DNA from: Histomonas meleagridis 2922-C6/04-290x | Taxonomy: Eukaryota; Protista; Parabasalia | Length of the DNA: 64,000 nucleotides | Direction: 5' to 3' | NCBI GenBank assembly: GCA_020184695.1 | Contig: JAANOX010000153.1 | Coordinates: 806,001-870,000, forward strand | Part shown: positions 10,226 through 20,893 of the stretch, piece by piece | How the letters are laid out: every line of letters begins with the position of its first letter | How positions within the stretch are numbered: position 1 is the stretch's first letter | Position numbers and translations under genes: made by a program | Notes under the pieces: generated by a model | The model's database searches: none | What the model was told of the DNA's origin: nothing | Seen by the model: only the letters and a program-made list of their open reading frames with translations

Positions 10226-12547
10226 ATGAAAGCATCAACTTACGTTCAAAGGCTCAATGAAGCTTGCAACTATGTTAAAGACCGAATTAAAGATAGGCCA
10301 GATATAGGAATTATCCTTGGTAGTGGTCTTGGAAGTTATGGCGATGTCCTTGTAAATTCTATCCGTATTCCATACAGTGAAATCCCACAAATGCTTGATA
10401 CCACAGTTCCAGGTCACTTCGGTTGCCTTATCTATGGTCTCGTTGGTGATCGCAAAGTTCTTTGTCTTTCTGGTCGTTCTCATCAATATGAAGGACTTGC
10501 TCCACATGAAGTTCAATTTGCAATACGTCTTCTTGCAATGTGTGGTTGCAAGCTTTGCATTCTTACCAATGCTGCTGGTACACGTGATCCTGATCTTAAT
10601 CCAGGAGATCTTACCCCAATTGTTGATCACATGAATACTACACATCGTGGTTACACCGAAGAACCTCTTTGTTTCAAAGACTTTAATCATCTTATCCAAG
10701 CTGATATGTATGATGCAGCTGCTACTGAAGTAGCTAAACAAGTTGCCGAAGAAATGCATCTTCAAACAAAAGGATGTGTTTACATGTACAACTTTGGTCC
10801 TACATATGAAACATCAGCTGAAGTTGAAGGACAATTCAAAGTTGGTGCCACTAACTTTGGTATGTCAACAGTCCCTGAAGTTGTTGCAATGAAAGAATTA
10901 GGTGTTCCAGTCTTTGCCATGTCATTTGTTACCAACAAGGCCGCTGGTGTTGACGGTGTCAAATTATCACATGAAGATGTCACAATTGCAGCCAAAGCTG
11001 GTGAACCAAACATGCGCGCCTTAATCTCCGAAGTCATTAAGCGCACTCCACTCAAAGAATTCCCAATTCCAGTTATCGAAGGAGATGATCATAACATCAA
11101 TATGGCCATTCCAGAATCATTTGTCACTGATAAAGAAATTGATGAATACGCCAAACAATTTGGAAAGACAAAGATTGATGGTCTTGTTGTTCTTGGCGCA
11201 TGTCATGAACTTAAAGACTTCGAAGTCAAAGTTACAATTGACTGCAATGAATTACCCAACTTCCCAATATTACAACACACCTCCTTGAAACTTAACATTG
11301 GTATCTTAAATGGAAAACAATTATTTGTTGTTAACGGTCTCCGCAATTTGACAGGTTTACAAGAACATGAATTATATTATTTAATCAAACTAGCTAAACG
11401 TCTTGGAGCTAAATCATATATCCAAACATTCCAAGCTGGTGCATTTGGTGAAAAAGGATTAGCAGTTGTTACTGATGTTATTCCATTCTTTGAACATCCA
11501 ACAGTCATACCCGAAATCTGCAAGTGTCCAATCGAATCTCCAGAAGCAAGCATCAAGAACAAGTCAATTCTTGCGTCATTCCATGGACCTGAATTCCCAA
11601 CGCAAAGTGATGCCAAGCATTTACAAATGTGTGGTGCTACACATATTACATTAGGTACAGTCAAAGGTTTGATGATGGCCCGTAAGATTGGATTACAAGC
11701 GCAAGGATTTGTTGATGGTGCATATAATGCAATTCTTACCTCTAATGATAACATTGAAGCCATTTTATCATCATGTCGCTCAAAGTCTGATGAAATTTCA
11801 CAAGCAATCAAAACAACAATTAGCAAATTCCCAGGAACAAGTGCAGGTGCTACACCATCCTTCAATGCCACTGACAAGAAGGCCATACAATGGAATGATA
11901 CTCCATCACGTAAGCAAAATCAACAAGAAGATCCAGAAGAAGTTAATGCAATTGCTGAAGCATTACCAGATGTTGAAGATGTATTATTATTCAAGAAAGA
12001 GTTTAAGTTCTATAATGATCTTAAATCTAAATTACCAAATGTTGTAGAAGTTAAAGGACTTAAGTTAAATCATGGAGAGTTATTCGGTAAGAAAGTAATG
12101 ATTGCAGTCGCTACACGTGCTTTAGTTCGTGCAATCGCACAAAAGAAAATACAAATTATTGCGATCAACGCTGCAATAGCAACAAATCCTCAATTAACTG
12201 ATAGATTCGTAACAATTAGTGATCACATTAACATTACCGGAATTTATGCTTTAATCGGTAGAAACAAATTCGGCGATAGATTCCCCGATATGACACAATT
12301 ATATGAACCTGTTAAGGGCTTAAAGCCTTTGATACAATTTAATGTACCTGATACAAGAGAAGTCACAAAGGCTTATAGACATATGATGGAAATTTATGGC
12401 GCTGGAGTCGCATCCGATTTCGGTGCTGAGCAAGCGACAATCAATAGACACTCAGGCGGTAAAGTCTTCAAGCAAATTTCGGTTCTTGTAAATTGCTTAA
12501 ATGAGCCGTGGACAATAGACGACGAAGTGCTCAAGAATGCTCTTTGA
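10226..12547 (+). CDS. PNP: Purine nucleoside phosphorylase (trimeric/xanthosine-type) with two additional degenerate PNP-like domains
   Basis: Domain 1 has GIILGSGLG, GRSHQYEG, TNAAG, GPTYETSAE, GMSTVPE and VTNKAAG. Two further PNP-like segments follow (HGPEFPT...GATHITLGT; NAAIATNP...SDHINITG...FPDM). Start placed at ATG 10226 after the Inr. Confidence 0.9.
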   Translation: MKASTYVQRLNEACNYVKDRIKDRPDIGIILGSGLGSYGDVLVNSIRIPYSEIPQMLDTTVPGHFGCLIYGLVGDRKVLCLSGRSHQYEGLAPHEVQFAIRLLAMCGCKLCILTNAAGTRDPDLNPGDLTPIVDHMNTTHRGYTEEPLCFKDFNHLIQADMYDAAATEVAKQVAEEMHLQTKGCVYMYNFGPTYETSAEVEGQFKVGATNFGMSTVPEVVAMKELGVPVFAMSFVTNKAAGVDGVKLSHEDVTIAAKAGEPNMRALISEVIKRTPLKEFPIPVIEGDDHNINMAIPESFVTDKEIDEYAKQFGKTKIDGLVVLGACHELKDFEVKVTIDCNELPNFPILQHTSLKLNIGILNGKQLFVVNGLRNLTGLQEHELYYLIKLAKRLGAKSYIQTFQAGAFGEKGLAVVTDVIPFFEHPTVIPEICKCPIESPEASIKNKSILASFHGPEFPTQSDAKHLQMCGATHITLGTVKGLMMARKIGLQAQGFVDGAYNAILTSNDNIEAILSSCRSKSDEISQAIKTTISKFPGTSAGATPSFNATDKKAIQWNDTPSRKQNQQEDPEEVNAIAEALPDVEDVLLFKKEFKFYNDLKSKLPNVVEVKGLKLNHGELFGKKVMIAVATRALVRAIAQKKIQIIAINAAIATNPQLTDRFVTISDHINITGIYALIGRNKFGDRFPDMTQLYEPVKGLKPLIQFNVPDTREVTKAYRHMMEIYGAGVASDFGAEQATINRHSGGKVFKQISVLVNCLNEPWTIDDEVLKNAL

Positions 12548-12650
12548 GTAAAATGAATTAAGTTATGAAATTGTTTTATGCAAAACGACTTATTAAGCAA
12601 ATTTTTGGAAAGTGTTAAATTTTTCATTAGTTAAATCACTTTGTTTGCTC

Positions 12651-12802
12651 AATATATTCATAATTAGATATATAAATATCGAATATTTTAATATATTCAT
12701 AATTAAATATATAAATATCGAATATTTTAATATATTCATAATTAGATATAAATATCGAATATTTTAATATATTCATAATTAGATATAAATATCGAATATT
12801 TT
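12651..12802. repeat. Tandem repeat, 4 copies of a 37-39 bp AT-rich unit
   Basis: AATATATTCATAATTAGATA(TA)TAAATATCGAATATTTT at 12651, 12690, 12729 and 12766, between the convergent PNP and BspA stop codons. Confidence 0.9.
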
Positions 12803-12870
12803 CAACGCATTTGTCATTAGAAAAGTGTTAGTGTTTAAATATGATTTACAGTGTATTAGTTTTTATTATA

Positions 12871-14100
12871 TTAGAGAAAAAGTTTGTCCATGGATTCATT
12901 GTAATGGTCATCACCAACTTGTGATTGGGTTTCTGTCTCCTTTGTAAAATCTTGCTTATTCTTTTTTGTTCGTTTATAAATTATTATTGAAACTATGGCT
13001 ATTATGATAATGACTGCTACAGCAACACACACAGAAATAATAATAATTGAATTATTGTTTTCCTGTGCTTCGTTTGATTTTATATCATTTGTTATTAATT
13101 CATCAGAAGATAAACTTGTAAGCGCTTTAGAAAATGTACTTAATTCTGAATACGTGCTTGACTGCTTTAGTGTATTACTTTGCGTATATGTATTCGACTT
13201 AGAAAATGTAGTGCTTTGTGAATATGTATTTGACTGTGTAAATAGATGTGATGCAGCGAATGTATTACTTTGTGAAAATATATTGCTTTTAGAAAATGTA
13301 TTACTGTGTGTAAATGTATTTGAATATGTATTTGACATTGTAAATGTAAGAGTTGGTAATGAAATACACCCTTGAACAATGCCTCCTTTTAATACACCTA
13401 AACGACCAAATTTATTCCCTTTATAAAAAGAATATGTCATAACATTCGATGCTTGAATATATTGGAATGCACCATTATTAATTGATGGTGAAATTTCTCC
13501 ATAAAAGTAAATGCATTTTAAATTAGAACAATAATTAAATGCTTCTGAATCAATATTCAATAAACCAGTACCAATTATCAAAGTTTTTAATGAAGAACAT
13601 GATGAAAATGCAGAAATTCCTATTGATTGAAGAGAATTTGGTATTTCTAAGTTTTGAATAGAACACTGATAAAATACCAAAGCTCCAATCGTTTTTATGT
13701 TATCTCCAAGATTTATCTCACATAAAGATGTACAAACATAAAATGATGCTTGATCAATTATTGAAATCATATTACTTAAGTTAACAGAAACAAGTGCATC
13801 CCAATAATTGAACGAATTCTTTGGAATTTCAGTAATACCTTCACCAAAAATTAAATGTACTGTTGTGCTTTTATATTGTGTGATTGATTGTAAATCGCTT
13901 GAATGATTAATGAAGAGTGTTTGATTATCATAATATGCCATTGGGTAAGAATTTTGAAGAAGGAATATAAATACAAATGCATTTGTTATTTTCGTTAAAA
14001 TTAGCGAAAATGAAAATTGATTTTTTATAATCATTGATCTCATGTAAGTGTTAAGTGATTTAATAAAAAGCAATGGACGGGCCAAGGAAAAATATCGCAT
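12871..14100 (-). CDS. BspA-like (TpLRR/LRR_5) single-pass surface protein
   Basis: TpLRR repeats (LEIPNSLQSIGISAFSSCSSLKTL), a Ser/Thr hexapeptide stalk (SNTFSK-like, about 11 copies), a TM helix (IIIISVCVAVAVIIIIAIVSIIIY) and a basic stop-transfer. Start uncertain (14100, or an internal ATG such as 13941). Confidence 0.9.
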   Translation of the reverse strand: MRYFSLARPLLFIKSLNTYMRSMIIKNQFSFSLILTKITNAFVFIFLLQNSYPMAYYDNQTLFINHSSDLQSITQYKSTTVHLIFGEGITEIPKNSFNYWDALVSVNLSNMISIIDQASFYVCTSLCEINLGDNIKTIGALVFYQCSIQNLEIPNSLQSIGISAFSSCSSLKTLIIGTGLLNIDSEAFNYCSNLKCIYFYGEISPSINNGAFQYIQASNVMTYSFYKGNKFGRLGVLKGGIVQGCISLPTLTFTMSNTYSNTFTHSNTFSKSNIFSQSNTFAASHLFTQSNTYSQSTTFSKSNTYTQSNTLKQSSTYSELSTFSKALTSLSSDELITNDIKSNEAQENNNSIIIISVCVAVAVIIIIAIVSIIIYKRTKKNKQDFTKETETQSQVGDDHYNESMDKLFL

Positions 14101-14775
14101 TTAAAGAGAGTACAAGAAACTTGAAAAAAAAAAATAATCTCAACCACCATTTCACACCCAGCGTCAAACAGTATTCAATTCAACAAGTTTTCTCTGAAAA
14201 AAAATTTTTGTGAAATAATCTGTTTTTGATTGAATATTCAATATAATATTTATCACAGCTGAAATTTCAATTGCAGTGTCAACTTTCGTTACATGAGGCA
14301 AAAATAATATAAATACTCTATTATCGTCACCGCTAACGCTATTAAAAAATCTACAGAAAATATAATATTTTTGAGTTTTTAAATGGGAAGAAATTTCACT
14401 AATTTGTGATCAATAAAAATCTACTGTAAAATTATTTGTAAATTTTATTTTTTTTGATTTTTTAAATTCGTATACTTATCACTCGTTAAATCTATTATAA
14501 ATTATAGCAAATGAACTATAATCATCCAATGTTGGATGATAAAAATGCACATCAATTCATGTTTATTTACTCATGTTTTCTTTTGATCATTAGATGAAAT
14601 TTGTTTAATTGATTTACACATTTTTCTTTTTTGCTTTTTAAATTTGTTTTTGTTTCTATCTTCTCTGTACATTCAGATATTCCATTAAAAAAAATTCATG
14701 TTTAATGGTGCAAATGGCATTCGCATACTGATAAAAAATTAATTCATTACAAGTTTTAACAATTAAACATTTTAT

Positions 14776-16431
14776 TTATTTAGGCAAAAATTTAACAAAT
14801 TTTTCTGTATTTTTCAAGTGTTGTATCAAATCAGATTCATATGTAATCAACGAAATCATTGTATTTGTATTAATAATTTTGTTTTTTCCTGAGTTGATTA
14901 TATTCATTTCCAACAATTGATTTATGATCATGATCAAATAGTTTGATCTCACGTCATTAATTTCAGTTGCTTTTGCAATTACAGCTGCTCTTGATATAAT
15001 ATCTCTAATAGACAACTGCGTTTTTTGTACCTTTTTTGATTGCACCAAGAAAGCAACTAAAACCAATTTTTGTAATTCCGACAAATTCATCAAAATATTA
15101 TTCGCCTTCACTGAATCGACTTGATTAATTGCTTTCTTAATATCGACAGTCTTCACTTTCTGATCATTCTTTTTCCTCATATCAATAGCTCTTTTACATA
15201 CTTCGAGTGCTTTTCTTGCGTCACCTCCATTTCGTGTTAGTAACTGCGAACATAATTGAATCGCAGCTGGTTCAAACACTTTTAAGTCTCCAACACGCGA
15301 ATTAATAATTGTGGAAAGTTCATTTGCTTTGTATGCAAAGAATTTAACTGATGTATGTCCCATTCTTGAAGCTATTTTAGGCTTTAATCGGGTTTCAAGA
15401 TCCATTAAGTTAGCAACTGCAATGACAACAAACTTTGCTTTAGGAAGTGATGCCCATTCAAGTAAACAATAAAGTTCATTTTGTTGTTGCGTTAATAAAA
15501 CATCAATTTCATCAACAAGTAAAATGATATAAAACGGTGATGTCTCAGTAGTAAACATTTCATTAAGTGCCTTTTGTGCTGACGTTGGTCCAAGCTTTTC
15601 ATCAGTAAGTAAAAGCCATAGTTCCGAAAAGAGTTCTCGTGTGGATTCAAGTCTAAGACAATTAAGTTCATAAAATTGGAAATTCCCAATTTTGCCATGA
15701 AGTTGTTCAGATGATAGTTGACGCATAACTTCACGAACTACAAGAGTTTTACCGGTTCCAGGCACACCAGAAAGATATAGACAACCTCCAAGGCCATCGC
15801 GCTTAATAAAGCCTTCAATGTAACCTTTGACTTTACGGATTTCATTCTCACGACCAGCAACTGATTTAACAAAGTTAAGTTGAAGGCGTGCACGAGCTAG
15901 GTCAAATGGCGTGTTACCTTCAAATGTTTCAACAGTATAATCTGCATTTTGCATTAACCTGTGAAGGGTTGAAAGAGCAACAAATTCGTTGCGTGGCGTA
16001 ATAAAGCCTCTATTACAAAAGAATTCGTTGGTGAGAGGTTCTGATTTTTTGTTGGCATTTTCTCCTAGTTGTGCTGGATTATCATAAATTATTGCTTTAG
16101 CTTTAACCGAATCAACTGGAACTATGTCAGTGGCCTCTGTTTGAAGAAGTTCACGAAGAAGAAGATATTGGCTATTTGATTTATCAAGTTCTTCATAACG
16201 ATGATACCAATTAACTTTCATAAGCATTTTCTTATCCTTGTCTTCAAACATAGAAAGGACTTTACATACATACGTGAAAGGGCCGTCTGAAAGTAATAAA
16301 ACAGAATCTCCAACATTTATTGTCATGTCATCAACTTCTGCTACTGTGTGATATATGTTACCATCAACACCAGGTTTTCCTTCGTCAAGAAACTTTGGTT
16401 CTGGAAATTCTGATATTAGAAGTTGTTGCAT
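14776..16431 (-). CDS. ORC1: Origin recognition complex subunit 1 (BAH + Cdc6/Orc1 AAA+)
   Basis: N-terminal BAH domain (VGDSVLL...VNWYHR), Walker A GVPGTGKT, Walker B VDEID, GDARKAL. The ORF track uses GTG 16470; the first ATG is 16431. Confidence 0.9.
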   Translation of the reverse strand: MQQLLISEFPEPKFLDEGKPGVDGNIYHTVAEVDDMTINVGDSVLLLSDGPFTYVCKVLSMFEDKDKKMLMKVNWYHRYEELDKSNSQYLLLRELLQTEATDIVPVDSVKAKAIIYDNPAQLGENANKKSEPLTNEFFCNRGFITPRNEFVALSTLHRLMQNADYTVETFEGNTPFDLARARLQLNFVKSVAGRENEIRKVKGYIEGFIKRDGLGGCLYLSGVPGTGKTLVVREVMRQLSSEQLHGKIGNFQFYELNCLRLESTRELFSELWLLLTDEKLGPTSAQKALNEMFTTETSPFYIILLVDEIDVLLTQQQNELYCLLEWASLPKAKFVVIAVANLMDLETRLKPKIASRMGHTSVKFFAYKANELSTIINSRVGDLKVFEPAAIQLCSQLLTRNGGDARKALEVCKRAIDMRKKNDQKVKTVDIKKAINQVDSVKANNILMNLSELQKLVLVAFLVQSKKVQKTQLSIRDIISRAAVIAKATEINDVRSNYLIMIINQLLEMNIINSGKNKIINTNTMISLITYESDLIQHLKNTEKFVKFLPK

Positions 16432-16982
16432 TTGGAGGTGATATGAACGTTTAATATTATTTTGGAGCACCCCGATTCGAAAAAGTTTAAAAATATTAAA
16501 AACTTTTTTATCTCATTACATAATACATTTACAACATTAAAAGACAATGCTAGCTTTATTAGTTGCTTATCAAATAAATCAAACATTTTTGATACATTAA
16601 AATATGATTTATCATTTAAGATAAGAAATGAAAAAAAAGTAATTTCATGTTAAACTCAATATTAAACTATTCAATTAGTTTAATTTTTAATTAGAAATAA
16701 CATGAAATTATTTCAATAAAAAATGAATAATCTTTTAATTATTATTAAAAAACAAAAGTTATATGAAGTAAAGTTTCGCTTTCATCAGGCGTTATGTTTC
16801 CAGTTGCTCAATCTTCAAAAATTTCATTTTAATCATAAACGAAGGTGCAAGAAAAAATAGTCGATAAACCACCACTGTAATTTCTCAATTTTTACTTTTT
16901 CTGATGAACTTTTCTATTTTTGAAAGCTTTTTCATTTTTGATAAAAACAAAAAAAAATTTCAGAGGGTCTGCTTCAATTGAA

Positions 16983-19900
16983 ATGAGCGACTCCTCATCG
17001 AGTAGCCCGCCTAAACAGGCAACATCACCACATGGTTCCTCAAGCAGGAAGTCTATTAAAAGACTTAGTTCCGAAATAAAAGAATTGAAGGAACAATTAA
17101 AACAACAAGAGGGATTGAAGCAAGAGATTGAAGCACTTCGTGAATCAATCCGAAATCAAAACCAAGTAATCGAACAATTAAGGGAAGAGAAAGATAAACA
17201 AATTCAAGAGTTAACAAACGCAATTCAGCAAAAATCAGAAAGTCATGGTCATAGAAGGAGTTCTAAAGCACGTTCTTCTGATGTCACTGAAACAACCATC
17301 CAAATTACACAACTTAGAGAAATGGTAGAAACTCTTAAAGCTGATTTGGAAAATTCAAAAGCAAATCAACTCACAGAAAGTCCTCGTACACCTAAAAAGA
17401 AATCTCGTGCACATCGTAAATCCAAAGGAGATATATCCAAGCTTGATATTGAACAAGCAGGTTCAAATCTTGTTCCTACAGATGATACAGCCTCAGCCAA
17501 TGGTGAAATCCCAGACCTTAAGCCAGACGTCGAAAAGCTTCAAGAAGAATTCACCAAATTCAAATCCGAACTTGATCAGACAATCCAAGATATCTTAAAT
17601 AACAATCGCCAACAAGAAGAAATCATCAAAGAAGTCAAAGAAGAAATCAAAGGAATTGGAAAAGACACCTCACAACCATCCACCAACAAATCAGTAGATG
17701 TTCCAATGGCAACAGATCAAATGGAACGCTATGAAGACTTAATTTCCACTGTCCAAGAACATGATCAACTTCTTGTTAAACAAGGCAATCTTATTACCCA
17801 ACAAAAGGATGAGCTTTCAGTACAACGCGATTTAATTGAAAAGAAATTCACATCACATGTCCAACGAATGAAAACACTTGAGAAAATGATAGAATCACTG
17901 AACAATGCAATACAAGCATTGCGGAATGAACTTAAGGCATTACAAAAGCGAATTGCCGATAACAAAGATGTTGAACAAATTAAAGAACAACTCAAATCGA
18001 TTGGTGAGATTTATTCCAAGTTACAAAACATCGAAAATAACATTAATATAATCAATGGAAAACTTGATGAGAAAGGCGATAAAGAAGACATTGAGAAATT
18101 ACAAAAGAAGTCCAAGAAACGTAAGGAAGAGAACAAGAAACGTAAAGAAGAAATTGATGAACTTCAAAAGAAACTTAAAGAATTACAACAAAACATTAAT
18201 GGAATTAAAGAACAATCCGAATTAGACTCAAAGACAATGAAAGATCAAATCAGAACATTAGCTACGAAAACAGCACAAGAACAAAATGATGATAAACCAG
18301 AAGCATCACCAGTTGTGATGATGGATATGGAAGAATTAAAGAACAAAGTTGAACAATTAGAGAAAGATAAGAAAGTAACAAATGAAAAGATTAAAGAATT
18401 TGAAGATAAACTTGAAAATATTAAAGATATCAATGATGATATGAATAAGATTAAAGATAAAGTTAATGAAAACAAAGATAAGATTGAAGAAATTGAAAAG
18501 ATTAAAGATCAAATTAATGAAATTAATGATAAAATTGACGACATTGATAAAATTAAAGAAAAGGTCGATGATATTAAGGATAAAGTTGATGAAATTGATA
18601 AGGTGAAAAATAAAGTCGACGATATTAAAGATAAAATTGAAGCAATCGAAAGTATTAAAGATGTTATAGATGACATTAAAGATAAAATAGGCGACTTCGA
18701 TGAGCTCAAAATTATCGTCGAAGAGTTCGATGATAGAGTTGAAAATGTTCCGAAGATTAAATATATTATACAGGAAATCGAAAAGATTAAAATTAGAATC
18801 GAAGAAATAGAAAAGGTCAAAGTTAACATTCAAGAAGTCGAAAAGATAATAATAAGAATCGAAGAGATCGAAAAGATTAAAGAATATGTTAAAGAGATCG
18901 AGAAAATTAAGGAATATGTTAAAGAGATAGAGAAAATTAAGGAATATGTTAAAGAAATCGAGAAAATCAAAGAATATGTTAAAGAGATAGAGAAAATCAA
19001 AGAATATGTTAAAGAAATCGAAGTAATTAAAGTTAAAGTTGAGGAAATCGAGAAAATCAAAGTTAACATTAAAGAATTCGAAGAACTTAAAGTTAAAATT
19101 GAGGAATATGATAAACTTAAAGTCAAGATCGAAGAAATCGAGAAAATCAAAGTCGACATTGAAGAGTTCGAAAAACTCAAAGTTAAGATCGAAGAATATG
19201 ATAAAGTTAAAACTAAAGTCGAAGAAATCGAGAAACTCAAAGTTAACATTGAAGAATATGATAAACTCAAAGTTAAAGTTGAAGAAGTTGAAAAGGTGAA
19301 ACTTGATATCGAAGAATTCGATAAGCTTAAATCTAAAGTTGAAGAATATGATAAACTTAAAGTTAAGATCGACGAAGTAGAGAAAATCAAAGTCGACATC
19401 GAAGAATTCGAAAAGCTTAAGGAAAATGTCGCAAGCATCGAAAACATTAAAGAGATCGAAAAGATCGTCGAAAAGATCGAAGAACTTGAAAGACTTAAAG
19501 AAAAACTCGAGGGCATCGAGAACATTAAGGAGATCGAAAAGGTATTAGAGAAGATCGACGACATGGAGAAGATCAAGAACAAAGTCAAAAAGCTTAAGGA
19601 CAGATACAAAGAGCTCAAAGAGAAGCTCGACGACATCGAAAGCATCAAAGACAGAGCAGTCGAAATCGACGCGCTCAGAAACGAGTGCAAAGAGCTCAAA
19701 GACAAAGCAGAAGAAATCGAGAAGATCAAAGATGACTACAAAGAGCTCAAAGACAAACTCGAAGACAAAGTCGACGAGATCGACACCATCAAAGCGAATA
19801 TTGTCACGATCACCGGCCAGCTCAGCAGCAGCAGCCAGAAGGCGGAGGCTCCGGCCGAGGAACTCATTGAGCTCAAGTCCAAGCTTACTGCGCTACAAGC

Positions 19901-20480
19901 GAAACTCGAAAGCGACAACAAATCGCGCGGCAGCAGTAGCAGCAGCAGTGATAGCGAAGATGAGAACGAAGCCAAAATTAAGGACAAGTCGAAAGACAAT
20001 TTGTATGAATCGCTCACACATAAAATCGATGAAATTTCTGGAGCACTTCATCAGCAAAGTGACGAACTGAACAAAGTCAATGACACAATCAAAGACATAT
20101 TGACAACGAACGATAAAATGCAAAAAGAGATCGAATCAGAGAAATCGGAAAATTCGAAACAATTTAAGGAGATTAACTTAAAGATAATGAAAATCGCAGA
20201 GAATAACAAAGAGAAAGAAAGCAGCAGCAGCAGCGATAGCGAACCGGAAATCGTTTCGAGAGACATCGAACTCGAAGGAGAACAATTTACGTTCTCTGAC
20301 TCAAGCGATGGAAAAGATAAAGAAGAGAAAGTCAGCGATAAAAAGAAGAAGAAAGTGAAGAACGAAATGGTGCAACAAGTGTTGAACGGCGAGGAAACAT
20401 TGCAAAACGATTTTAATATCTTCTTTGCATTGAGTTTCGCAGTGCTTTTGTATTTTTTGGTTTCTGATGTCCTTGTTTGA
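16983..20480 (+). CDS. Long coiled-coil, tail-anchored protein (golgin-like)
   Basis: About 1165 aa E/K/I-rich coiled coil with one hydrophobic helix at the extreme C-terminus (IFFALSFAVLLYFLV). ATG 16983 preferred over the TTG at 16920. Confidence 0.85.
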   Translation: MSDSSSSSPPKQATSPHGSSSRKSIKRLSSEIKELKEQLKQQEGLKQEIEALRESIRNQNQVIEQLREEKDKQIQELTNAIQQKSESHGHRRSSKARSSDVTETTIQITQLREMVETLKADLENSKANQLTESPRTPKKKSRAHRKSKGDISKLDIEQAGSNLVPTDDTASANGEIPDLKPDVEKLQEEFTKFKSELDQTIQDILNNNRQQEEIIKEVKEEIKGIGKDTSQPSTNKSVDVPMATDQMERYEDLISTVQEHDQLLVKQGNLITQQKDELSVQRDLIEKKFTSHVQRMKTLEKMIESLNNAIQALRNELKALQKRIADNKDVEQIKEQLKSIGEIYSKLQNIENNINIINGKLDEKGDKEDIEKLQKKSKKRKEENKKRKEEIDELQKKLKELQQNINGIKEQSELDSKTMKDQIRTLATKTAQEQNDDKPEASPVVMMDMEELKNKVEQLEKDKKVTNEKIKEFEDKLENIKDINDDMNKIKDKVNENKDKIEEIEKIKDQINEINDKIDDIDKIKEKVDDIKDKVDEIDKVKNKVDDIKDKIEAIESIKDVIDDIKDKIGDFDELKIIVEEFDDRVENVPKIKYIIQEIEKIKIRIEEIEKVKVNIQEVEKIIIRIEEIEKIKEYVKEIEKIKEYVKEIEKIKEYVKEIEKIKEYVKEIEKIKEYVKEIEVIKVKVEEIEKIKVNIKEFEELKVKIEEYDKLKVKIEEIEKIKVDIEEFEKLKVKIEEYDKVKTKVEEIEKLKVNIEEYDKLKVKVEEVEKVKLDIEEFDKLKSKVEEYDKLKVKIDEVEKIKVDIEEFEKLKENVASIENIKEIEKIVEKIEELERLKEKLEGIENIKEIEKVLEKIDDMEKIKNKVKKLKDRYKELKEKLDDIESIKDRAVEIDALRNECKELKDKAEEIEKIKDDYKELKDKLEDKVDEIDTIKANIVTITGQLSSSSQKAEAPAEELIELKSKLTALQAKLESDNKSRGSSSSSSDSEDENEAKIKDKSKDNLYESLTHKIDEISGALHQQSDELNKVNDTIKDILTTNDKMQKEIESEKSENSKQFKEINLKIMKIAENNKEKESSSSSDSEPEIVSRDIELEGEQFTFSDSSDGKDKEEKVSDKKKKKVKNEMVQQVLNGEETLQNDFNIFFALSFAVLLYFLVSDVLV
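18780..19420 (+). repeat. Coding 30-bp (10-aa) tandem repeats
   Basis: EYVKEIEKIK x5 with synonymous variation at about 18880-19030, followed by degenerate decads (EEYDKLKVKI / EEIEKIKVDI / EEFEKLKVKI). Confidence 0.85.
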
Positions 20481-20893
20481 GTACTTGGATAAAGCATTCA
20501 AAGTAATAATTTTTGTTGTTTCTTGTGCAATGTTTCACATCTTTAAATGATTTTCGTAAGTAAAATTGTTTTAGTACTCCAAATGGCATTTTGTAGCTCT
20601 TCTGAGATTAAATGCGAATTTTAATATTTTTTGCATTAGTTATATTACTTCAATACATTTTTAATGTGTGAAAAGTATTTTCATTTACTCTTTTATTTAC
20701 ATTATTTTAATATTATTTTAATAGCTCATTTACTTATTTTAATAATGTATTTAGAAATATGATTTTTTTAACTTTTGAAAACCAATACAACGCAAAAGTT
20801 TGAAGTGTTCACTTTCACATATTTTAACAACGCGCCTAATTTGAACGTTGCACATTAATAAACAGCAAAATTTGACTGTTTCATCAGTTTCTT

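Noticed and set aside
14521-14540. Short perfect hairpins (also 54689-54704 and 55331-55349)
   Set aside because: Stems of 8-9 bp are expected occasionally in AT-rich DNA and have no supporting context.
17765-20497. Long antisense ORFs (for example 18830-19729, 299 aa)
   Set aside because: Shadow frames of the repetitive E/K/I coiled-coil gene; low-complexity Ser/Leu/Ile output.
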